The notes: generated by a model from the sequence alone, not told the origin. Positions 1 to 13,894 are shown, counted from the whole stretch's first letter. The stretch is DNA of 63,041 bases, filler included, from Octopus bimaculoides (GCF_001194135.2; 4 parts of 4 records of this genome joined end to end with filler, not necessarily neighbours in it); one strand, 5' to 3'. Numbers and translations: made by a program.

Positions 1-63
<63 letters not shown>
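1..63. repeat. (CA)n microsatellite
   Basis: Pure AC dinucleotide run. Confidence 0.98.
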
Positions 64-69
<6 letters not shown>

Positions 70-769
70 ATACTCAGAGTGGAGAGTCGATCCGAATGTT
101 TGTAACACAGTGGCCTTCAATAAAGTCAAATAACGGCCAGGAATAAATGATTCTGAAACTGAGTCACGTAATAGTCTTTTGTCCATTGTAAATATCGTAG
201 TCGTTATAATTTTTTAATGGGAAAGGCATGATATATACAGTAGAGACTTTCCCCTTCTACACTGAATATTTCAGTTACAATTTTGATGTTCCATTAATAC
301 TGTAGCATAGTCTTGAAATAACGATGGATGCTGTAAAATGATTTATGGGATTTTTATGGGTTAATTGATGGAGAAAGAGCAGCGACCAAGAACAATTTGC
401 AGGCCCACCGAGATTGGTTTACGAGGATGAAGGCTACCATTTTATTCCCTTAGGTAATGCTTGCAACAATATGAACTCCGTTGGCGGCACCCAAAGGATC
501 AGATGCTGACGATAAACCGAGCGACAGATTTTAAGTGCACTCCCAAACATTTGATGATATCAACAAAGGCACAGTCATAGGTGTATCCTCTCTAGATATA
601 GAAATTCCTCAATTTAAAAATCAAACTAAATTAAAGAACAGCTAAAAAAATATTTCCTTTGTGGTTAGGCGCGGGCATAGTTGTGTGGTTAACAAGCTTT
701 CTCTGTAACCGTTTGGTTTCGCGTTCAATTCCACTAAGCGGTAACTTTGGTGTCTTGTCTTGTAATTGC

Positions 770-968
770 AAGCATTTGACTGCGGCCATGCCGGAGCACT
801 GCTTTAAAGGGTTTTTAGTCGAAGACATCGATCTCAGGACTTACACTTAGTAAGTCTAGTTCTTATTCTATCGGTCCCTTTGGCTGATCTGCTAGGTAAC
901 GGGGACGTAAATATACCAACATCGGTTGTCAAGCGATGGCGTGAGGACAAACAGACACGCACATATAA

Positions 969-1036
<68 letters not shown>

Positions 1037-1180
1037 CAGGCTTCTTTCAGTTTCCGTTTACCAAATCCACTCACGAGGGTTTGATCGGCCTGAGGCTACA
1101 GTAGAAGACACTTGCCTAATGTGCCATGCAGTGCGACTGAACCTGGAAGCATGTGAATGGGAAGCAAGCTTGTTACCACA
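770..1180 (-). mobile_element. tRNA-derived SINE (octopus-type family with internal CA/TA microsatellite)
   Basis: Reverse complement of the family seen at 60538-60710 (…caaatccactcacgagg…ggcctgaggctacagtagaagacacttgcc…), with the tail catttgactgcggccatg. A separate + strand SINE head lies at about 665-760. Confidence 0.8.
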
Positions 1181-1644
1181 CACACATACATACATATATA
1201 TATGTATATATATATATATAAATACACACACGTACATGNNNNNNNNNNNNNNNNNNNNNNNNNNNNNNNNNNNNNNNNNNNNNNNNNNNNNNNNNNNNNN
1301 NNNNNNNNNNNNNNNNNNNNNNNNNNNNNNNNNNNNNNNNNNNNNNNNNNNNNNNNNNNNNNNNNNNNNNNNNNNNNNNNNNNNNNNNNNNNNNNNNNNN
1401 NNNNNNNNNNNNNNNNNNNNNNNNNNNNNNNNNNNNNNNNACAATATATGAGTATATGCATATATATGTACATGTGTGTATATACCTTCATCCACATGTA
1501 CACATAGATACATAACTGGGTACATGACGTGGCAAAAGAACATGGACAAAATGATAAACAAGGTACAACAAGCAAGCCAAATAGAAACATCTCCTTCATC
1601 AGCTGCCACCATTAAAACACCGGCGTTTCGAAGAATTAAGGCAG

Positions 1645-1675
<31 letters not shown>

Positions 1676-2448
1676 TTTATTAATTGCTTCAGTCGTAGGA
1701 CTGCAGCCTTGCTGGAGCTCTGCCTTACTGGAGCTCTGCCTTACCTTATTTTATGGCAGCACTTGTCTATGTTTGGGTTTGTAGCAACTGATCCTTTTTG
1801 AGTGTATCTTTGAATGCTTGGCTGCTCCGGCATCGTTTGGAGTTTATGCACTTTTTTTCTTCTCAAGTTTCAGTAGAGGTTCTTTTCATAGTTTTGATTT
1901 CTTTAGGTTGGCAGTTGAACAGTTGGGCGCCTTTAAATACCAGACTGGCACAATGAAGTGTTTTTGTTCGTGGCGTGTGTAAGTATGTTGTGTATTTGTG
2001 TCTGTGTTTGTCCCACCCAACGCACACTGCTTGGCAGTCGATATTGGTCTACTTACATTCACAGCAGCTGGCGGTTGGGCAAAAGGGATCCCATAGAATA
2101 GGTCCATTTGTTCAACTAAAACAAATTTAAAAAAACCCATCCCTTCCAGGCGATGCTTCTGTCTGGCCGCAATCCAATGGATGGAAGCAAGAAAAAAAAA
2201 AAGAAAAAGATAATGTGAAAATATAAACACTCCATTAGAATCAATAAAATAAAATACAGACGGAAAAACCAACAACAAAAAAACAACAAAAATGTCCAAA
2301 GATTATATTTGAACTGGTCTGGAATTTTAGACAATGATTGGTAGAATCAAATACATATCAGCGAATGAACGAGAATATAAGACTTAATGAAGATCATGCA
2401 CGATCGATTTCAGGCATTGGTTCCATTATTGAGATGGGAATCGGTAAA

Positions 2449-2674
2449 TTAATATTCCTCTGCTTCTGCTAATGGAAAAGTTAAATCATTATTATTCTCT
2501 TGCGATTCTTTTAAAAGTTTATGTTCAGTGTTTTCTTCGGAGACTCGGCTAAACACTGAAATATAACGTAAAGAGCTCTCTTGAGATTCTCTTAGCGGTA
2601 TATTTCTATTGTTGCTGATGGCAGAGGAGTATTCGATAAAGTTCTTGTTAGTGATGACAATGCTGACGACACTG

Positions 2675-2705
<31 letters not shown>

Positions 2706-2803
2706 TTTTTGTTGTTGTTGTTGTTATTGTTGATCTTGTTATCATCGTTCGTGATGATGCTGGTGGTAGTGGTGCTGTTGGCGACGATGGAAGCGGTAAT
2801 AGA
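2449..2803 (-). CDS. Candidate terminal coding exon, unknown S/T-rich protein
   Basis: Acceptor-like ctactttaattcttgaaacgccag, then 117 open codons: LLPLPSSPTAPLPPASSRTMITRS…NKNFIEYSSAISNNRNIPLRESQESSLRYISVFSRVSEENTEHKLLKESQENNNDLTFPLAEAEEY*. About half is trinucleotide repeat; no homology recognised. Confidence 0.2.
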
Positions 2804-2819
2804 CTGGCGTTTCAAGAAT

Positions 2820-3560
2820 TAAAGTAGGTAGTGGTGGCGGTAATGATAGTGGTGGTGGTGGTAGTGGGGTAAGGGAGACGATGGTGGTGTAAGTGGTAGT
2901 GACGGTGGTGCTGGTGGTAATGGTGGTGGTTGTAGTGGTGGTGGTAGTAATGATAGTGGTGGTACTGGTAGTGGTGGTAATGGTAGTGGTAGTAGTGGTG
3001 GTGGTGGTAATGATAGTGGTGGTGGGGTTAGGGAGATGATGGGGGTGTAGGTGGTAGTGGCGGTNNNNNNNNNNNNNNNNNNNNNNNNNNNNNNNNNNNN
3101 NNNNNNNNNNNNNNNNNNNNNNNNNNNNNNNNNNNNNNNNNNNNNNNNNNNNNNNNNNNNNNNNNNNNNNNNNNNNNNNNNNNNNNNNNNNNNNNNNNNN
3201 NNNNNNNNNNGTAGGGGTAGTGATACTGGTGATAATGGCGGCGGTGGTGTTAGTGATGGTAGTAGTTGTGGTGGTGACGGTGGCGGCGTTGGTGGTAAGG
3301 GTGGAGTGGTGGCGGTGGTAGTAACAGTGGTGACGGTGGTAGCGGTGGTGGCGGTGGTGTTCGTGAACTTGGTGGTGGTGGAGGCTTCTGTAGTATTGCT
3401 GGTGGTTGCATCGTCAGGTGCAACGAAAATGATTGTGCTGTTAATGATAGTGTTGCTGCTGTTGTTGTTGTTATTGTTGTAAAGTTGTAGTTGTTAGTGG
3501 TGGTGTCAGTGTTGGTGTTGGCAGAGGTGGTAGGGGTGGTGTTGAGGAAAGTATCATATT
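2820..3560. repeat. GGT/AGT-rich low-complexity trinucleotide tract (contains N gap)
   Basis: Degenerate (GGT/AGT/GAT)n. Confidence 0.9.
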
Positions 3561-3753
3561 ATAACGTTGATGAATGTTGTATTTAAAATCAAGGTGGTTA
3601 TTGTTGGCGATGTAGTCTTAATTGAAATTTTTCTAGTCTGTCATTTACTTAAACAGAATTGCCGTATCTGTGTATGTGTGTTTAAGTGTGCTTACTTATA
3701 AATGTTTGTATGTATGTATGTATGTATGTTATGTATGTATGTATTTATATATT

Positions 3754-3789
<36 letters not shown>

Positions 3790-4221
3790 CGATTTATAAT
3801 ACATATGTATACTGATATAAATATACATATGTATATATATATGTGTGTGTNNNNNNNNNNNNNNNNNNNNNNNNNNNNNNNNNNNNNNNNNNNNNNNNNN
3901 NNNNNNNNNNNNNNNNNNNNNNNNNNNNNNNNNNNNNNNNNNNNNNNNNNNNNNNNNNNNNNNNNNNNNNNNNNNNNNNNNNNNNNNNNNNNNNNNNNNN
4001 NNNNNNNNNNNNNNNNNNNNNNNNNNNNNNNNNNNNNNNNNNNNNNNNNNNNNNNNNNNNNNNNNNNNNNNNNNNNNNNNNNNNNNNNNNNNNNNNNNNN
4101 NNNNNNNNNNNNNNNNNNNNNNNNNNNNNNNNNNNNNNNNNNNNNNNNNNNNNNNNNNNNNNNNNNNNNNNNNNNNNNNNNNNNNNNNNNNNNNNNNNNN
4201 NNNNNNNNNNNNNNNNNNNNN

Positions 4222-4261
<40 letters not shown>

Positions 4262-4265
<4 letters not shown>

Positions 4266-5070
4266 CAATCGGGAGTAGCCACCGTGTATTCATAGAAATG
4301 TATCCACCAAATTGAGTGAACGATTCTCTAAATTTCTTATGTCGAATCCTCAATGAATTCAATAGCAAATATTTGTAACAATGTGGCTTCCAATAGCTTC
4401 CAGTGGCTTCCAAGAAACCATTAAATATCATAGGTAGACACAAGCTATTAAGAAGAAACGCGAAAGAAAGATCACATGGTATAATCCACAAATATTTCAT
4501 AAATGTAAGCATACTGATAAAATAAATTTGTTCATCGTCAATAACACATTTTCCCCACCGAACATAGGTATAGGAAACTATTTAACCGAAACTTACGAAG
4601 AGTAAGCTGCTCGTTACTAACAAACTTCAATGACACCCATACTTTAATAATAAAAAAAATATATAATTCGAGGATTCGAAAATCACAACGAATACAATAC
4701 AGAAAAGCAATTGTTATTCTGAAAATGTCTGCCAAATCAAAGGAAAATTGCATGAAAATCAGCAACATATTCAAACACTTAAACATCTGCCAATACCAGT
4801 TATGACACCTAATCTATTTAATAACAGGATCTATCAACACAATTACACGTTTTGAACATTACGAAGAAAATTGGGCACAAAGCTAACAGCACATAAATGG
4901 TTTCTTAAAAATATAAATATGGTACGTATTGTGAAATGGCAATTCCTTGATAAAACACTTATACACTTTGAGATGTTTTCTGTAGCCTTTGCCACATTAA
5001 AGGATGTTAATCAATCCTGAAACATCAAACCAAAATACTGAACAAATACATAAAGTTAATAGCTTCGGGT
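4262..5070 (+). mobile_element. Penelope-like retroelement, decayed 3' ORF (RT C-terminal region / GIY-YIG region)
   Basis: Frameshifted translation gives RKITWYNP…, HFP…HRYRKLFNRNLRRVSCS, and FNNRIYQHNYTF…KLTAHKWFLKN…VKWQFLDK. These match the PLE pattern RKIIWFNPPFS…KHFP…LHKIFNRNTIKISYSC and the GIY-YIG tail. Confidence 0.7.
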
Positions 5071-5204
5071 GTTAGTTATAAACTATAAAGAATTCTAAAT
5101 AGGTAATATACCAAATGCCGGCAGAACATGGCATTTTCATTTCCTGAGTACCTTGCCATTTGCAGAAGTATTCTATGTCTTTTTGAAATAAATGGACATA
5201 CGCA

Positions 5205-5400
5205 TAGGTGCAGGCTTGGTTATGTAGTACGAAGTTTCTTTCCCAAGCAGATGGTTCCCGGTTCAGTCGCACTGCGTGGCACCGTGGACAACTGCCTTCA
5301 ACTATAAGATCGGGTTGACCAAAGCCTCGTGAGTGGATTAGATAGACGGAAACTGAAAGACGTCCGTCGTATATATATGACTGTGTGTGTATATACGTGT
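5205..5400 (+). mobile_element. tRNA-derived SINE
   Basis: Head cataggtgcagg…ggttcccggttcagtcgcactgcgtggcacc…ccaaagcctcgtgagtgga…gacggaaactgaaag, then a TA microsatellite. Confidence 0.8.
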
Positions 5401-5405
5401 ATATG

Positions 5406-5450
<45 letters not shown>

Positions 5451-6214
5451 NNNNNNNNNNNNNNNNNNNNNNNNNNNNNNNNNNNNNNNNNNNNNNNNNN
5501 NNNNNNNNNNNNNNNNNNNNNNNNNNNNNNNNNNNNNNNNNNNNNNNNNNNNNNNNNNNNNNNNNNNNNNNNNNNNNNNNNNNNNNNNNNNNNNNNNNNN
5601 NNNNNNNNNNNNNNNNNNNNNNNNNNNNNNNNNNNNNNNNNNNNNNNNNNNNNNNNNNNNNNNNNNNNNNNNNNNNNNNNNNNNNNNNNNNNNNNNNNNN
5701 NNNNNNNNNNNNNNNNNNNNNNNNNNNNNNNNNNNNNNNNNNNNNNNNNNNNNNNNNNNNNNNNNNNNNNNNNNNNNNNNNNNNNNNNNNNNNNNNNNNN
5801 NNNNNNNNNNNNNNNNNNNNNNNNNNNNNNNNNNNNNNNNNNNNNNNNNNNNNNNNNNNNNNNNNNNNNNNNNNNNNNNNNNNNNNNNNNNNNNNNNNNN
5901 NNNNNNNNNNNNNNNNNNNNNNNNNNNNNNNNNNNNNNNNNNNNNNNNNNNNNNNNNNNNNNNNNNNNNNNNNNNNNNNNNNNNNNNNNNNNNNNNNNNN
6001 NNNNNNNNNNNNNNNNNNNNNNNNNNNNNNNNNNNNNNNNNNNNNNNNNNNNNNNNNNNNNNNNNNNNNNNNNNNNNNNNNNNNNNNNNNNNNNNNNNNN
6101 NNNNNNNNNNNNNNNNNNNNNNNNNNNNNNNNNNNNNNNNNNNNNNNNNNNNNNNNNNNNNNNNNNNNNNNNNNNNNNNNNNNNNNNNNNNNNNNNNNNN
6201 NNNNNNNNNNNNNN

Positions 6215-6257
<43 letters not shown>

Positions 6258-6283
6258 ATATGCATACATGCCCTCCGTCGACA

Positions 6284-6344
<61 letters not shown>

Positions 6345-6539
6345 GTCTGTCTATCTATATACACACAGTGACCCTCCTACACACACATACATATATATAC
6401 TTATATATAGTTAGGCAGACAAATAGAAACCAAAATAACTACCACAAATATTTCAGAATTGGCCTCTGGCACGTGCTTGAACAAGATAGATAGTTACAAG
6501 TACATTACATATCATGCATAATAAATGCTTGATTTATTG

Positions 6540-6790
6540 AAATTACCTTGAGGGCTATGGTTGGTGTGACACGGATGGACAGGATGAATAATGAGGAAGT
6601 GCAAAGGCGAGCAGGAATGAGAGAATAACTCACAACCAAAATGGATAGGCGAGTGTTGAGGTGGTTTGGCCACATGGAGAGGATGGATGAAGAACGGATG
6701 GTAAGGAGGATGATGAAGGCTGAAGAGGATGGATGGGAGTGAGGTAAGCTTTGGTGTTTAGAGGTGTTGGAGTGAGACGAGTAAGAGAGT
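6540..6790 (+). mobile_element. RTE-clade LINE 3' fragment
   Basis: LRAMVGVTRMDRMNNEEVQRRAGMRE*LTTKMDRRVLRWFGHMERMDEERMVRRMMKAE, the typical RTE 'LRWFGH' C-terminal region. Confidence 0.85.
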
Positions 6791-7374
6791 TTATAATAGG
6801 AAAAGGAAAGCTTGGAGAGTGTTTGTGGACGGATGAGTGAATTTGATGTTGTCCAATGGGATACGGAAACAGCATGATGCAGTGGGGGCAAACCAGCATA
6901 TACTATCGGGCCCCGCTGCTGATTTGGGGGGTTGCGTTCTATGCCTTGATCCGAGCATAGAACGGAGCTCGCTTTTTTGAATGGAATGCCTGCTGTGTGT
7001 CTTATTGTGGCTAGAAGGAGGACAAGAGAAATAATTAAAAGAAAGAGAAATATTATTACAAAATTAATTAATAAATCTGAGTGAAATTTGCTTGAATATT
7101 TTTGAAAACACCCATTTAGTAGTTTAGATTACAATAAAAAAAGATATAGGAATAACATGCCGTTGGCTGAGTAATTTCTAGAAATTCAGCGCTTAAGCTG
7201 CCAATTATAATATCAGCTCTATTTTACCAGCCTGCAGCAAGCGGTAAATATTTTATTGACAGCTTTTCAAGATGTTGCTCTGTCCATTTTTATGCTGTTT
7301 GATTCCTTCTTTCTGCATTCGAAGGATTAATTAGGATGTCAAAATTTGCGAAACAAGTAAAACATCGTATTTAG

Positions 7375-7720
7375 ATGACTGACTCGATTGAAAAGCCATT
7401 ATCTTTTAAACCGCCCGAGGTCACTTTGTGCGATTTAAATGACGTCATTAGAAACTCGGAAATTGCAAAGAGCAAGGTCGAACCCATAACCTTAAGACAG
7501 CTCTAGAATCACAATTTTTGTATGATAAACTCCTTGGTGAAGAATCCTACTGAAAGTAAGAGGCTTCATCATATTCAAAATATTTAGGGTCTGTTTTTTA
7601 ACAGAAAAAAGTATTCATTTTTGTAACGGGTAATGGCATTCATTGTGTAACAGTGGCTTCTATAAATAATAGGCGGTTCTAAATGTTGTTCCATATAGAT
7701 CAATAACAAATTCTTTATTT
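7375..7720 (+). pseudogene. Decayed DNA-transposon-derived ORF fragment
   Basis: …VTLCDLNDVIRNSEIAKSKVE…, TEKSIHFCNG and QWLL resemble the widespread transposon-associated protein segment ELNDLVRDL.LSK..AELL…LVYCND…EWRLF. Multiple stops and frameshifts; superfamily not assigned. Confidence 0.35.
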
Positions 7721-8144
7721 ATTCAGTCACTTCTTTTCAATCTTTGGACTGCAGCAATGCTTGGATACCGTCTTTCAAGGAATAGTCAGTTATATCTATT
7801 CCGTTATAAACTGTTGTTTATTCAATCGATCTAAAATGGATAAAAAAGATCAAGTCGACCTCGGTGAGATATGAAAGCAGAAATAAAGCGAGGAGACTAA
7901 GAACTATGATATATGTTGCCCGATACTCGACAGGTTTTATCATTCAAAGTATGCGCAACCCGGACAAAATGGACGCATGAAAGACGATTTGAACTCTTAC
8001 TGCTAAATGTGTGCGACATTCAGGATCGTGCATGAAATATATANNNNNNNNNNNNNNNNNNNNNNNNNNNNNNNNNNNNNNNNNNNNNNNNNNNNNNNNN
8101 NNNNNNNNNNNNNNNNNNNNNNNNNNNNNNNNNNNATATATACA

Positions 8145-8178
<34 letters not shown>

Positions 8179-8180
8179 TA

Positions 8181-9280
8181 TTGGGTCATCCCATAAATAA
8201 TGTGGTTATATTATACTTATTTTATTTTTCAAGATAAACAAAGTTCGTTTTTAATCTAAAATATACTTTCCTACAATTTTCTACGATGCGCTTCCATCAA
8301 TCTGATAGACTTGCAAGGCCCTTCTTCCAAAATTCACTTGTCCTTAACAAAAAATACTCCTCCAGTACTGTTCTGACCTCGTTTACAGAATTCATATTTT
8401 TTCTGTCCAAATGATTTTGAAGACTACGGAATAAATGGTAATCAGATGGAGCAATGCCCAGTGAATATGGTGGGTGGGGCATCGCTTCCCATTGAAACAG
8501 TTCCAGCCTTTGGAATGTCATCTTCGCTGTATGTAGCCGACAATTATCCTGATGGAAGAATGCCTCTCATCATGGCTCGCAGTAGACCTCCTTTGTTAGC
8601 GTTTAGTTTGGATTTAAAAGTTCAGTGGTCTAAACCTTTCATATCCCACCAAACAGTTAACAACACTTTACGTAGGTGAAGACCTTCTTTATCCTGGGGT
8701 GCTGCTGTTTCTCCTTTCCCTACCCAGTGTTTTTGGCGCTTGACATATTTATAGAGAACCCATTCTTCGTCCCACCAGTCACTATTCAGTCCAAAAAAGG
8801 TTCATTCTTGAGATGTGACAACTAAGAAGAGCACACATTCACTCTCCACGCGATTAGACTCGGAAAGTTTATAAGGAACCCATTGACTCAATTTGCTGAC
8901 TTTTTCGAAGGCACGCATGTGTCGATGACTGGTTGAATGACCAAATTGAAGCTTCTCTGCTAATTTCTCAACAGTTACGATATTTTGTTCAACCAGGGTT
9001 TGCAAGACGTCCTGGTCGAGATCTACAGGACTTCCAGGACGAGACTCGTCTTTTAGTCTGTGGTTTACGGCTCAGAATTTCTGGAACCACCACTGACACC
9101 GGCTTACGCTTATTGTCCGATCCCCATATACTGCATTAATATTGCTCGTACTTTCCGTTGCGTTGTTGCCTTTATTGAAATCATAAAATAAAATATGTCG
9201 AATATGCTCCTTTGTCACTTCCGTTATAGATTTGAAAAAATAATTGGTAAAATCGAACTGCACTCTTCAAAACTTGCACT
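8181..9280 (-). mobile_element. Mariner (D,D34D-type) transposon, pseudogenised
   Basis: Motifs EVTKEHIRHILFYDFNKGNNATES, WVPYKL, DEEWVLYK, LHLRKVLLTVWWD, HQDNCRLH and HPPYSLGIAPSDYHLFRSLQN. TA target at 8179-8180 followed by TIR TTGGGTCATCCCATAAATAATGTGGTT. The start codon appears mutated to ACG (9224-9222). The other TIR would fall in the N gap. Confidence 0.92.
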
Positions 9281-10999
9281 NNNNNNNNNNNNNNNNNNNN
9301 NNNNNNNNNNNNNNNNNNNNNNNNNNNNNNNNNNNNNNNNNNNNNNNNNNNNNNNNNNNNNNNNNNNNNNNNNNNNNNNNNNNNNNNNNNNNNNNNNNNN
9401 NNNNNNNNNNNNNNNNNNNNNNNNNNNNNNNNNNNNNNNNNNNNNNNNNNNNNNNNNNNNNNNNNNNNNNNNNNNNNNNNNNNNNNNNNNNNNNNNNNNN
9501 NNNNNNNNNNNNNNNNNNNNNNNNNNNNNNNNNNNNNNNNNNNNNNNNNNNNNNNNNNNNNNNNNNNNNNNNNNNNNNNNNNNNNNNNNNNNNNNNNNNN
9601 NNNNNNNNNNNNNNNNNNNNNNNNNNNNNNNNNNNNNNNNNNNNNNNNNNNNNNNNNNNNNNNNNNNNNNNNNNNNNNNNNNNNNNNNNNNNNNNNNNNN
9701 NNNNNNNNNNNNNNNNNNNNNNNNNNNNNNNNNNNNNNNNNNNNNNNNNNNNNNNNNNNNNNNNNNNNNNNNNNNNNNNNNNNNNNNNNNNNNNNNNNNN
9801 NNNNNNNNNNNNNNNNNNNNNNNNNNNNNNNNNNTGTGTATATGTATATATATATCTATATATATATTTATAAACATCAGAAAATGTGTGATAAACAAGC
9901 TTTCATTTATGTTTCACTTGAAAACTCTTAAATATAACCTGCTTGGTTGTATTTTCTTACATTATGTTTTAATATCTGAAGTCAGCAATTTTTTTTTGAA
10001 AGTAGTTTCTAGGAAAAAATATTCTTTTGAGAATATCGTGGAGAAAAAATTAAGGAAGCTTAAAAACAGTTTCTGATAGAAATGTTCGTTAGAATTATGG
10101 GCATTTTGTCTTTAATTTTGCAGTAGTAAAATGATCAATTGGGATCTTAAAATCGATATGATTTTCAGGTTCTGTTTTATTCGTGTACAATTTGGGAATG
10201 CGAATGTAAATTTACAGAGTATACCCCCTACGCCTCATTAACATCAGTTATCCTATATCGTATAAATAGATCAATATTTATATAAAAATATTGATATATC
10301 AATATTTGAATTACATCCTGACAGAATCGAATGGAACGAAGTAAAAAAAGAAATTGGAAAGAAAGAATCGGTTATTCGTAATTGAGAGAATACTTTGCAA
10401 AATGTGTTTGGGTTCTATAATAGATTTAACACAAACAGCGAAGGAAATATTTAATTCCAGCTGTTTTAGGATACAAGGAATGGTAAACTGACAACTTCCA
10501 GCATCCATGGAGATTATTAGATCAACATTTCTTTCGTGGTCTTCGATCCGGGTGGTATCTATTACATTATAGGGATATAAGAACAACCGGTTTCAATCCA
10601 CTAACGGCAGTATTTACTGAAACAACAGGCAGAGACCTAAGTGTCATGACCTGGGTGGGTCATGACACTTAGCTTCCTTAGAGGGTCAGGAAATAATTGA
10701 CCAAAATGCTCCCTTGTCGGGAGTTCTTCCTCTGAATGTTTTTCCTGCTTTCTGTTCGCCCCGTAGCGAGTTTACAAGTATTTGTCTTACCTTAGCGAAA
10801 CTTAATTCGTTCAGAAGCAAAATTATGAAGTTTGTGAAGAAAGATGAACTTAGATTTAAAGAAATGAATGATGGCAATGTCTTTGCGTGCGAAGATCATA
10901 TAGAAGAGTGGCACACCCTCAACTATCTATGTGAACCAATGTTTGAAGATTCAAGGCCTTCCTTCCTGCCTGCAATTAGTAGTTTTAAAGCAATTTTAC

Positions 11000-12392
11000 A
11001 AGGGCCCCAATAATTACAGGTATAAACCTGAACTTTTAATCTGGATAGTGTAACTGCAGATTTCTCAATAGTTCAGCATAGGTGTTCTCTTCTTCACTTT
11101 ATGTTAACATCTGCTGAGAAGCTAATTTCCACATTTGTGCACAATTTTTCTTCTCTATCCTAAATTATTATATTAGGTCTGTTGTGCTTACATTTTATTC
11201 AGGTCTTCACATTCCACCAGCATTCCTTTTTATTATGAGTGGCTATGGCTTCTACCATATTGTGGTTTTTTATTTCTTTGTTCTCGGGATTATCCTTCTG
11301 ACAGATTTCATTATAGAGTGTCCTAGCTACAACATCATGTCTCATCGGTAGATCATACCGTAATGACATTTTCGAACAACTGCTTATGATGCAGGTGATA
11401 TCTTCAGTGTGATCTCCAAAAAATCTGCTTCGGTTGTCACATTTTACGGCTTTTCCTGCATCTCTATCCCTTTTGTGCATCAGGTATTTGGTTGATATTT
11501 CCTGATCCTGGATGCAAACGCCAACCCCTCAAAGTGGAAGGTAGTAATCCGGCTATTGGTCCAGGATAAGCTGCTTTGATGATCGATACTATTATAATCA
11601 CGGAGCCATCTACTAACATATCCATGCATAGTCTTCTGCTCATGTAGGCTCATCCTTTCATCTGATAATACGTTGCAGTAAAGTCGTGCAACTTCTTTGG
11701 ACATGTGTTCTAGGTTATCAGACAAAGGGTGTTGCTCAAGGAGCTGCCTTCAAAGTCTTATGATGATATCAGCCTCATGTATGCAAACTTGGTCAAGGGA
11801 TGCACTTCGACACTTGGTGTCAAAAGATGTTGCTGAAGGGAAATGATACGACATTGAAAGGCATTTTGGATCGATGTTAAGCCTCTGCCGCCTTGTTTAC
11901 GTTTTAGGTATAGACTGTCTACGTCACTGTTTATGTGGAAATTATGTGCGCTTGTTGGTAATTACTGGTTTTCACATCCATAGCTCGGATCTCATCAAGC
12001 GTCCAATCAAGCAGCCCAAATGTTGGTAAGAGTATTGGGACTGCAAACACATTGTGGGCCAATGTTTTATTGAATGTAGAGAGTTCTGAGGTCCAAATTT
12101 TCTTTATTCGGCTGTAATATTCTTTAGTGACCCGTGTTTTGTTACAGGTGCCATTGTAAGATATATTTTCATCCACCCGTAGATACCTGTAACATTCCTC
12201 GTCAGATACAGGGGAAACAGTCAAACCATTGATAGAGATATCACTAGTCTGGTTTATAATCTTCCCCTTTTTCACAATCGTATAACAACATTTATTCTGG
12301 CCAAATTCCAACCCTGCATCCTTTGAGAATGTTGTAACTAGGTCAAGGCTCTTTTTCATCTCATGCATATTCTTTGCATAAAGTTTTAAGTC
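11000..12392 (-). mobile_element. R4/Dong-clade non-LTR retrotransposon (RT C-terminus plus REL endonuclease), 5'-truncated and decayed
   Basis: DLKLYAKN; DAGLEFGQNKC; YRYLRVDEN…KEYYSRIKKIWTSELSTFNK…VFAVP; zinc-knuckle-like C…ITCIISSCSKM…RHDVVARTLYNEIC; HNRPNIII; FIPVIIGAL. Confidence 0.88.
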
Positions 12393-12395
12393 ACG

Positions 12396-12429
<34 letters not shown>

Positions 12430-12714
12430 TGTATGTATGTACGTTCAGTGTTTGTAAATGTGTGAGCTTATATTCATGTATAGGCCATGAGGCAATGCAT
12501 TCGTGCGTTTATTACAATGTGTTGTATATTATGCACATGCACGCTTATATCGTATTCTATGGCTATATGTACTTACGCACGCGTATATATCTGTGCATGT
12601 ATGTGCCTCCGTGTTCCTGCATGTTTGTGCCTATGTGTGTGTATGAGAGACAAAGAGGAAGGGAAGAAAGAGCGAGAGAGAGAAAGAGGGAAATAGTAAG
12701 AGGCAGAGAGAGAA

Positions 12715-12752
<38 letters not shown>

Positions 12753-12762
12753 NNNNNNNNNN

Positions 12763-12811
<49 letters not shown>

Positions 12812-13062
12812 GGTGTGTGATTTATTTCAGTAGTAATTCAAAGTTAAAAACCGCTCACCTTTTTATAGTATGAAGAAAGTGGTTATTATAGTGTTTTATC
12901 GATATATAATTACTATATAAACTTCAGCATAATGATTATAGTACAAACATATATGCATGTGTATATACGTATTATATATATACACATACATACACACTCA
13001 CATACATATCTATATTTAAGTGTCTGTACTATAGTGTATGAAAGCGATTGCGAGCACCGTTG

Positions 13063-13144
<82 letters not shown>

Positions 13145-13629
13145 TTTTTCTGTGTGTGCGTGTACGTATGTGTCTGTCTGTTTGTGTGTGGAAACTTAGA
13201 GTATAATGTACGATATCTCTATATATGTGTGTGTGTTTGCGTGTGAGTGTATGTACACACATATTTGCATGCATTTCGTAAGAAGAGCACTATCATGATG
13301 TATATAATTATACGTGCATATGCATATGTAGGGACACACGTTCACATACTCACATAGATATACGCATTTACGTATATAAACAGTACCGTATCCTATGTAT
13401 TTCTGAGTATTTGTATATTTTTCACTAACACCGGTGGAATAACAACTTACGTTTCGATAATGTTTCTGAGTATTCTGAATTCTATTTGCTCAGTTATAAT
13501 AAACAAACACTATCTCCTATCAACGCTGACTAATATTTACATTAATTAATAATTATTATTTAAATTGATCAAGTGTCTTATGTACTTTAAATAAGATGCA
13601 GACTTTAATCATATTCTTTTATTCACTTT

Positions 13630-13857
13630 TATTCATTTACTCGTTTCAGTCATTTGACTGCGGTCATGCTGGAGCACCGCCTTTTAGTCGAACTAATCGA
13701 CCCCAGGACTTATTTTTTGTAAGCCTAGTACTTATTCTGTCGATCTTTTTTGCCAAAGCACTAAGTTACGGGGACGTAAACATACCAACATCGGTTGTCA
13801 AACGATGGAGGGAGGACAAACACAGACAAACACATACACACATGCACACACACACAA

Positions 13858-13894
<37 letters not shown>

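Noticed and set aside
4990-5030. AGGAT/ATCCT stem followed by GAAAC at the 3' end of the PLE ORF
   Set aside because: Position fits a pLTR hammerhead, but the CUGANGA core is unrecognisable, so it is not counted.
7520-7630. Apparent + strand exons (GAAA|GTAAGA donor at about 7556; ttttaacag acceptor at about 7604)
   Set aside because: Better explained as part of a decayed transposon-derived ORF; frames contain stops.
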